From an uncultured bacterium (GTDB lineage Bacteria > Deinococcota > Deinococci > Deinococcales > Marinithermaceae), in NCBI GenBank assembly GCA_964543365.1, contig CAZIXU010000001.1, positions 4,411 through 59,091 of the forward strand: a stretch of DNA of 54,681 bases. Direction: 5' to 3'. The first letter of the stretch is position 1; every line of letters begins with the position of its first letter. The notes below the pieces were generated by a model that was not told where the DNA came from, did no database searches, and was given only the letters and a program-made list of their open reading frames with translations. Shown in pieces: positions 49,762-54,681 of this stretch. The position numbers and the translations under genes were made by a program.

Positions 49762-49799
49762 AGATGCCCGGAGCGCCAGCTCTGGGCATTTCTATATTT
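49762..49799 (+). terminator. Terminator after malic enzyme
   Basis: AGATGCCCGGAGC-GCCA-GCTCTGGGCATTT followed by CTATATTT. Confidence 0.6.
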
Positions 49800-49878
49800 C
49801 TCCCGTCTAAAGAGGGCTGCACGGGGCGTCGTATATTCTTTATAATGGAGTTGTTAAGTTGGACTTCTGGAGGCCGAC

Positions 49879-50592
<714 letters not shown>

Positions 50593-50601
50593 ACTAGGGG
50601 T

Positions 50602-51936
50602 ATGAAAGACCCCTTGAGTGAGCTAATCGAGTTTTTGCGGATCCCCTCAGTATCGGCCAACCCGGACTACAAAAAAGACGTCGAATGGGCCGCCCATTGG
50701 TTGGAAGAGCGATTAAGGGCGGCCGGCTTTGTGGTCGAAGTAACGCCGACCAACGGTCACCCGATAGTTTTTGCTGAGAGACAGGTCGGGGAAGATAAGC
50801 CGACGGTTCTCATATACGGTCACTACGACGTCCAACCGCCGGAGCCGCTGGAGCTTTGGGAGACGCCGCCCTTCGAGCCGACGATCAAAGACGGCAAGAT
50901 CTACGCCCGCGGCGCCTCTGACGACAAGGGACAGGTATTCGCCCACGTCGCCGCGGTGGCGCAGCTTGCTGACGAGCTACCGTTGAACGTCAAGTTCGTT
51001 ATCGAAGGCGAAGAAGAGATCGGTAGCCCCAACCTGGTTCCCTTCGTCGAGGCCAACCGCGAAAAGCTGGCCGCGGACGTGGTGCTGATTTCCGACTCGC
51101 CGATGTTCGCCCCCGGCCTGCCGACGCTGACCTACGGTCTGCGAGGTCTGACTTATATGGAAGCCAGGCTGCGCGGCCTCGGCCGAGACGTTCACTCCGG
51201 CGCTTATGGCGGTGCGGTGCCCAACGCCTCCCATGCCGCCGCCTGGATGATCGCCAAGCTGAAGGACGAGATGGGTTGGGTGCGGATACCCGGATTCTAT
51301 GACGACGTCGTGCCCATCTCGCCGGAAGAGCGGGAGATGTGGAGCCGGCTGCCGTTCGACGAAGAGGTCTACCGCGAAGAAGTGGGTGCCAGCGATACCT
51401 CGGGTGAGCCGGGTTACGGCATTCTGGAACGCCGCTGGGCGCGGCCGACCTTCGACGTCAACGGTATCGGTTCCGGCTACCAGGGAGAAGGCTCCAAAAC
51501 AGCCATTCCCGCCGAGGCGTTCTTCAAGTTTTCGATGCGCCTGGTGCCCAACCAGGATCCCGACAAGATCGCCGCCCTAGCCGAAGACTACCTGCGCAAG
51601 ATCGTTCCCACCGGCTATGAGATGGAGGTAATCAAGTACCATGGCGGCCAGCCGGTCCTGGTTCCCACCGATTCGCCGCCCATGCAGGCCGCTGCCGCCG
51701 CTCTTGCTCAAGCCTGGGGCAAGGAGACGGTCTTTACCCGCGAGGGCGGTTCGATACCCATAGTTCACGACTTCATGCGGGTGCTCGGCGCTCCGGTGGT
51801 GCTGATGGGCTTTGGCCTCGAGAGCGACAACCTGCACGCGCCCAATGAAAAGCTGGACCTGATCAACTTCGAGAAGGGGATCGAGGCCAGCAAGAACTTC
51901 ATGCGCCTGCTACCCGATTACCTGAAGGGGGAGTGA
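50602..51936 (+). CDS. M20 family dipeptidase (ArgE/DapE-like)
   Basis: [36 protein letters not shown]. Confidence 0.9.
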   Translation: MKDPLSELIEFLRIPSVSANPDYKKDVEWAAHWLEERLRAAGFVVEVTPTNGHPIVFAERQVGEDKPTVLIYGHYDVQPPEPLELWETPPFEPTIKDGKIYARGASDDKGQVFAHVAAVAQLADELPLNVKFVIEGEEEIGSPNLVPFVEANREKLAADVVLISDSPMFAPGLPTLTYGLRGLTYMEARLRGLGRDVHSGAYGGAVPNASHAAAWMIAKLKDEMGWVRIPGFYDDVVPISPEEREMWSRLPFDEEVYREEVGASDTSGEPGYGILERRWARPTFDVNGIGSGYQGEGSKTAIPAEAFFKFSMRLVPNQDPDKIAALAEDYLRKIVPTGYEMEVIKYHGGQPVLVPTDSPPMQAAAAALAQAWGKETVFTREGGSIPIVHDFMRVLGAPVVLMGFGLESDNLHAPNEKLDLINFEKGIEASKNFMRLLPDYLKGE

Positions 51937-52265
51937 TGATTCTAAGTACTACACCAACACTTGAAGGCCGCAGGATAACCGAGTACAAGGGCATAGTCCA
52001 CGGCGAGACGATAGTCGGCGCCAACATCTTCAAAGACCTAATGGCCTCGGTTCGCGACGTTTTTGGCGGCCGCAGCGGGGCCTACGAAGAAGAGCTCAAG
52101 AAGGCGCGAATGATGGCCCTGCAGGAGATGGCCGAAGAGGCGCGAAAACTAGGTGGTAACGCCGTTGTAGGCGTCGATATCGATTACGAAGTAATCGGCC
52201 AAAGCATGCTGATGGTCACCGCCAGCGGTACGGCGGTCGTCGTTCAACAAGGAGGTAACGAGTGA
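51936..52265 (+). CDS. YbjQ/UPF0145 family protein
   Basis: [46 protein letters not shown]; TGATG overlap. Confidence 0.92.
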   Translation: MILSTTPTLEGRRITEYKGIVHGETIVGANIFKDLMASVRDVFGGRSGAYEEELKKARMMALQEMAEEARKLGGNAVVGVDIDYEVIGQSMLMVTASGTAVVVQQGGNE

Positions 52266-53854
52266 AGGTAGAAAAAGGAAAACTAGGCAGCGTCTTTTAC
52301 GGCGGTCACCTGATCGGTGGCGAGGAGATTATCGAAGGCCCGCTCTTCGAAAGCCGCAACATGGCCGATCGAGACGATCTGGTGGGCGTCTTCCCGGAAG
52401 CCTCGCCGGAGCTGGTACGAAAAGCAGCGGCAGCCGCGAAAAAGGCATTTGCTGAGTGGTCGACGACGCCGGCCCCCATTCGTGGCCAGGTCCTCTTTTC
52501 GCTGGCCAAGATACTGGAACGAGAGAAGGAGACCCTTAGCCGGCTGATGGTCCGCGAAGTCGGCAAGACCCTTAAGGAAGCCCGTGGTGACGTGCAGGAG
52601 GCCATCGACACCGCAGTCTTCTTCGCCAGCGAAGGCCGTCGACTCTACGGCCAGACCGTACCCAGCGAGCTAAAGAACAAAGACCTCTCGACCTACCGCA
52701 AGCCGCTGGGCGTCGTTGGCATGATAACCGCCGGTAACTTCCCGATTGCGGTTCCCAGCTGGAAGCTGGTTCCGGCCGTGCTCACCGGCAACACCGTGGT
52801 CTGGAAGCCGTCCGACGACTCGCCGGTTCTCTCTTACGTGTTAGTCAAGCTCTTCGAAGAGGCGGGGTTGCCGCCGGGCGTCATCAACGTCGTCTTTGGC
52901 GGTGGCGCCGGCAGCACCGGCGAGTGGCTGGTTAACGCCATTGACGAGGGCATTCTCGACAAGTTCGCCTTTACCGGCAGTACCAAGGTGGGCCGCATCA
53001 TTGGCGAAAAAGCCGGTCGGGCGCTGATCAAGGCCACCCTGGAGCTCGGCGGCAAGAGCCCGCTGGTGGTCATGCGCGACGCCGACATGGAAAACGCCGT
53101 TACCGGCGCCTGGTGGAGCGCCTTCGCTACCGGCGGCCAGCGCTGCACCAGCGCCGGCAACATCATCGTCGACGCCCCGATCTACGACGACTTCGTCGAG
53201 CAATTCCTGACCAAGGTAAAGAGCACCGTCATCGGCGACCCGGTCGCCTACGAAGACGTCCACTACGGCCCATTCTTCAACGATCGTCTCTTCCAGCGCT
53301 GGATGGAGCACTACGACTGGGGCGAGGCCGGCGGCGCCAAGCTGCTTCTGGGTAAGGGCCGGATAACCAAGGACAACCCCTACCCCAACTTCAAGGGTGA
53401 CCCGGAAAAGGGTCTATTCGGCCACCCGACCGTCTGGGAAGCCGAGCGCGGCATGAAGCAGACCCGCGAGGAGATATTCGGCCCGACGATCAACATCATC
53501 AAGGTCGACGGCATCGACGACGCCATCGAGACCGCCAACGACCACCCCTACGGCCTCTCCAGCGCCATCTACACTAACAACCGCCTCTGGGCCTACCGTT
53601 TCAAGAACGAGATTCAAGCCGGAATGGTCAACATCAACAACACCACCGTCGGTGCCGAGGCCCACATGCCCTTTGGCGGCACACGCGCCAGCGGCAACGG
53701 CACCCGCGAGAGCGGTATCTGGGTAATCGAGGAGTACACCGAATGGAAGGCGGTCAACGACGAGTTCTCTGGTAAGCTGCAGCTCGCCCAGATGGACACC
53801 GCCTACACCGCTCCCAAGGAGCCGACTGACTGGAAGGAGCTGCTGGGTCTTTAA
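52262..53854 (+). CDS. Aldehyde dehydrogenase (Thermus-type with C-terminal extension)
   Basis: AGNFP, WKPS, FTGS, LELGGK (catalytic Glu), GQRCT (catalytic Cys), EIFGP, PFGG; C-terminal QLAQMDT arm; 530 aa. Confidence 0.93.
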   Translation: MKVEKGKLGSVFYGGHLIGGEEIIEGPLFESRNMADRDDLVGVFPEASPELVRKAAAAAKKAFAEWSTTPAPIRGQVLFSLAKILEREKETLSRLMVREVGKTLKEARGDVQEAIDTAVFFASEGRRLYGQTVPSELKNKDLSTYRKPLGVVGMITAGNFPIAVPSWKLVPAVLTGNTVVWKPSDDSPVLSYVLVKLFEEAGLPPGVINVVFGGGAGSTGEWLVNAIDEGILDKFAFTGSTKVGRIIGEKAGRALIKATLELGGKSPLVVMRDADMENAVTGAWWSAFATGGQRCTSAGNIIVDAPIYDDFVEQFLTKVKSTVIGDPVAYEDVHYGPFFNDRLFQRWMEHYDWGEAGGAKLLLGKGRITKDNPYPNFKGDPEKGLFGHPTVWEAERGMKQTREEIFGPTINIIKVDGIDDAIETANDHPYGLSSAIYTNNRLWAYRFKNEIQAGMVNINNTTVGAEAHMPFGGTRASGNGTRESGIWVIEEYTEWKAVNDEFSGKLQLAQMDTAYTAPKEPTDWKELLGL

Positions 53855-53867
53855 GCCCAACTAAGCG

Positions 53868-53899
53868 AAATTAAGGGCGGCTGCAGCCGCCCTTAATTT
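53868..53899. terminator. Bidirectional terminator (32-bp perfect palindrome)
   Basis: AAATTAAGGGCGGCTG|CAGCCGCCCTTAATTT. Confidence 0.8.
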
Positions 53900-53969
53900 A
53901 TGCATTGTTTAATGTTTAAGGTAGAAATCACAATAAAAGCAGTTGTCCTAGATAAGTAATAAACGAGCT

Positions 53970-54026
53970 TTACAATAGCGCCAGCGCGGCGAACAGCACA
54001 ACCCTGAGAAACTTACCAAAGCGCAT
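53970..54026 (-). other. 18-codon hydrophobic ORF MRFGKFLRVVLFAALALL (small peptide or truncated gene remnant)
   Basis: GGAGG-TTTGT-ATG; basic N-terminus then an uninterrupted hydrophobic run; TAA at 53972-53970. Below the ORF-track length cutoff. Confidence 0.5.
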
Positions 54027-54121
54027 ACAAACCTCCAGCCCTGTCTGAGGGCAGAATGCCAGTCATGTAAAGGCCACCAGGGCCTTCTTTGTCCGTCAAG
54101 TTACCCACTTCCCTTCTAGTG

Positions 54122-54147
54122 CAGGGGAGCCCCGGAGGGCTCCCCTG
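54122..54147. terminator. Hairpin downstream of the lipoprotein gene
   Basis: CAGGGGAGCCC-CGGA-GGGCTCCCCTG; no strong U tract. Confidence 0.5.
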
Positions 54148-54164
54148 GTATCCACTCCGAAAAA

Positions 54165-54681
54165 CTACTGCCCGTTACACAGGTTATTCATCACGTCCTC
54201 GTTTTCAATGTGCAAGCCGGGAGAGGTAACGGTGTAGCTGGGGTCGCCGCCGCAGTCGGCAACAACCTTGGATAACTCAAGTACATTGCGACAACTCCTT
54301 ATCACTATGTAATCTTCAAGATTGAGGATTAGTTGGCTCAGGCCGGGCTCGGCGTTCTGGCGCATGCAGTAGGCTTTGACAGTAATATTTTTTCCTTGAG
54401 GCTGCTTAACGGCGGGGGACAAGCTGCCGACATCCCACTGAAGGGTACCCCAGCGCCCTGGTTCGACCCATGCCCAGTTAGATCCGCTATCTCGAATATT
54501 GGAGCCAAGGATTAATTCTCCAAACTCCCAATCCTCCTGGATGCCCTCCACCACCACCTTTATCCCATCGTCGCAACGTGCAGTATTCCTAGCGTCGATG
54601 TCCAAACTTAAACCACCAAGCGGGGGCGAGGTAATGCAACACCCGGAAATCAGCCCGAGAAGTACGAGCCAAAGCAGGAGC
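54165..54681 (-). CDS. Cysteine-rich putative lipoprotein, unknown function (5' end beyond window)
   Basis: Frame is open to the window edge: ...LLLWLVLLGLISGC-CITSPPLGGLSLDIDAR, i.e. an h-region plus lipobox ISGC. Visibly lower GC than the core genes. Confidence 0.7.
   Translation of the reverse strand, partial: LLLWLVLLGLISGCCITSPPLGGLSLDIDARNTARCDDGIKVVVEGIQEDWEFGELILGSNIRDSGSNWAWVEPGRWGTLQWDVGSLSPAVKQPQGKNITVKAYCMRQNAEPGLSQLILNLEDYIVIRSCRNVLELSKVVADCGGDPSYTVTSPGLHIENEDVMNNLCNGQ

Noticed and set aside
50613-50633. CTTGAGT half-site after hspR (also at 13041 in ftsK)
   Set aside because: No matching right arm at N7 spacing, and both lie inside coding sequence.

Overview
A mostly housekeeping chromosomal segment from a Deinococcota bacterium, most likely Thermales/Thermaceae. 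The assignment rests on a Taq-like PolA, Gfh1, a fused tandem HspR and many apparently leaderless genes. About 49 CDS: clpC-radA-PIN/TRAM, sucCD, DUF1800/DUF1501, ftsK, skp, acuB, three Lpt beta-jellyroll genes, gfh1-lysS, hemEHY-sdaAA, aroE-polA, glmM-rbfA, rnr, a two-subunit PFOR, a SAM-I riboswitch-controlled metF, mdh, a malic enzyme, hspR, an M20 dipeptidase and an ALDH. The most notable accessory block is an autoinducer-2 (Lsr) uptake locus (lsrR / lsrA-C-D-B-K). It has no lsrF or lsrG in the window, and a metal-binding cupin gene ends the operon instead. Other items worth checking: (1) an 18-codon hydrophobic ORF with a perfect SD, flanked by hairpins, near the right end (type I toxin-like peptide or gene remnant); (2) a 227-bp exact internal repeat in hspR; (3) a transglutaminase-like membrane protein lacking the catalytic Cys; (4) a HAIR-like site before an aminotransferase. 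I saw no tRNA, rRNA, CRISPR array or transposase. All calls are by eye from motifs; no searches were run.
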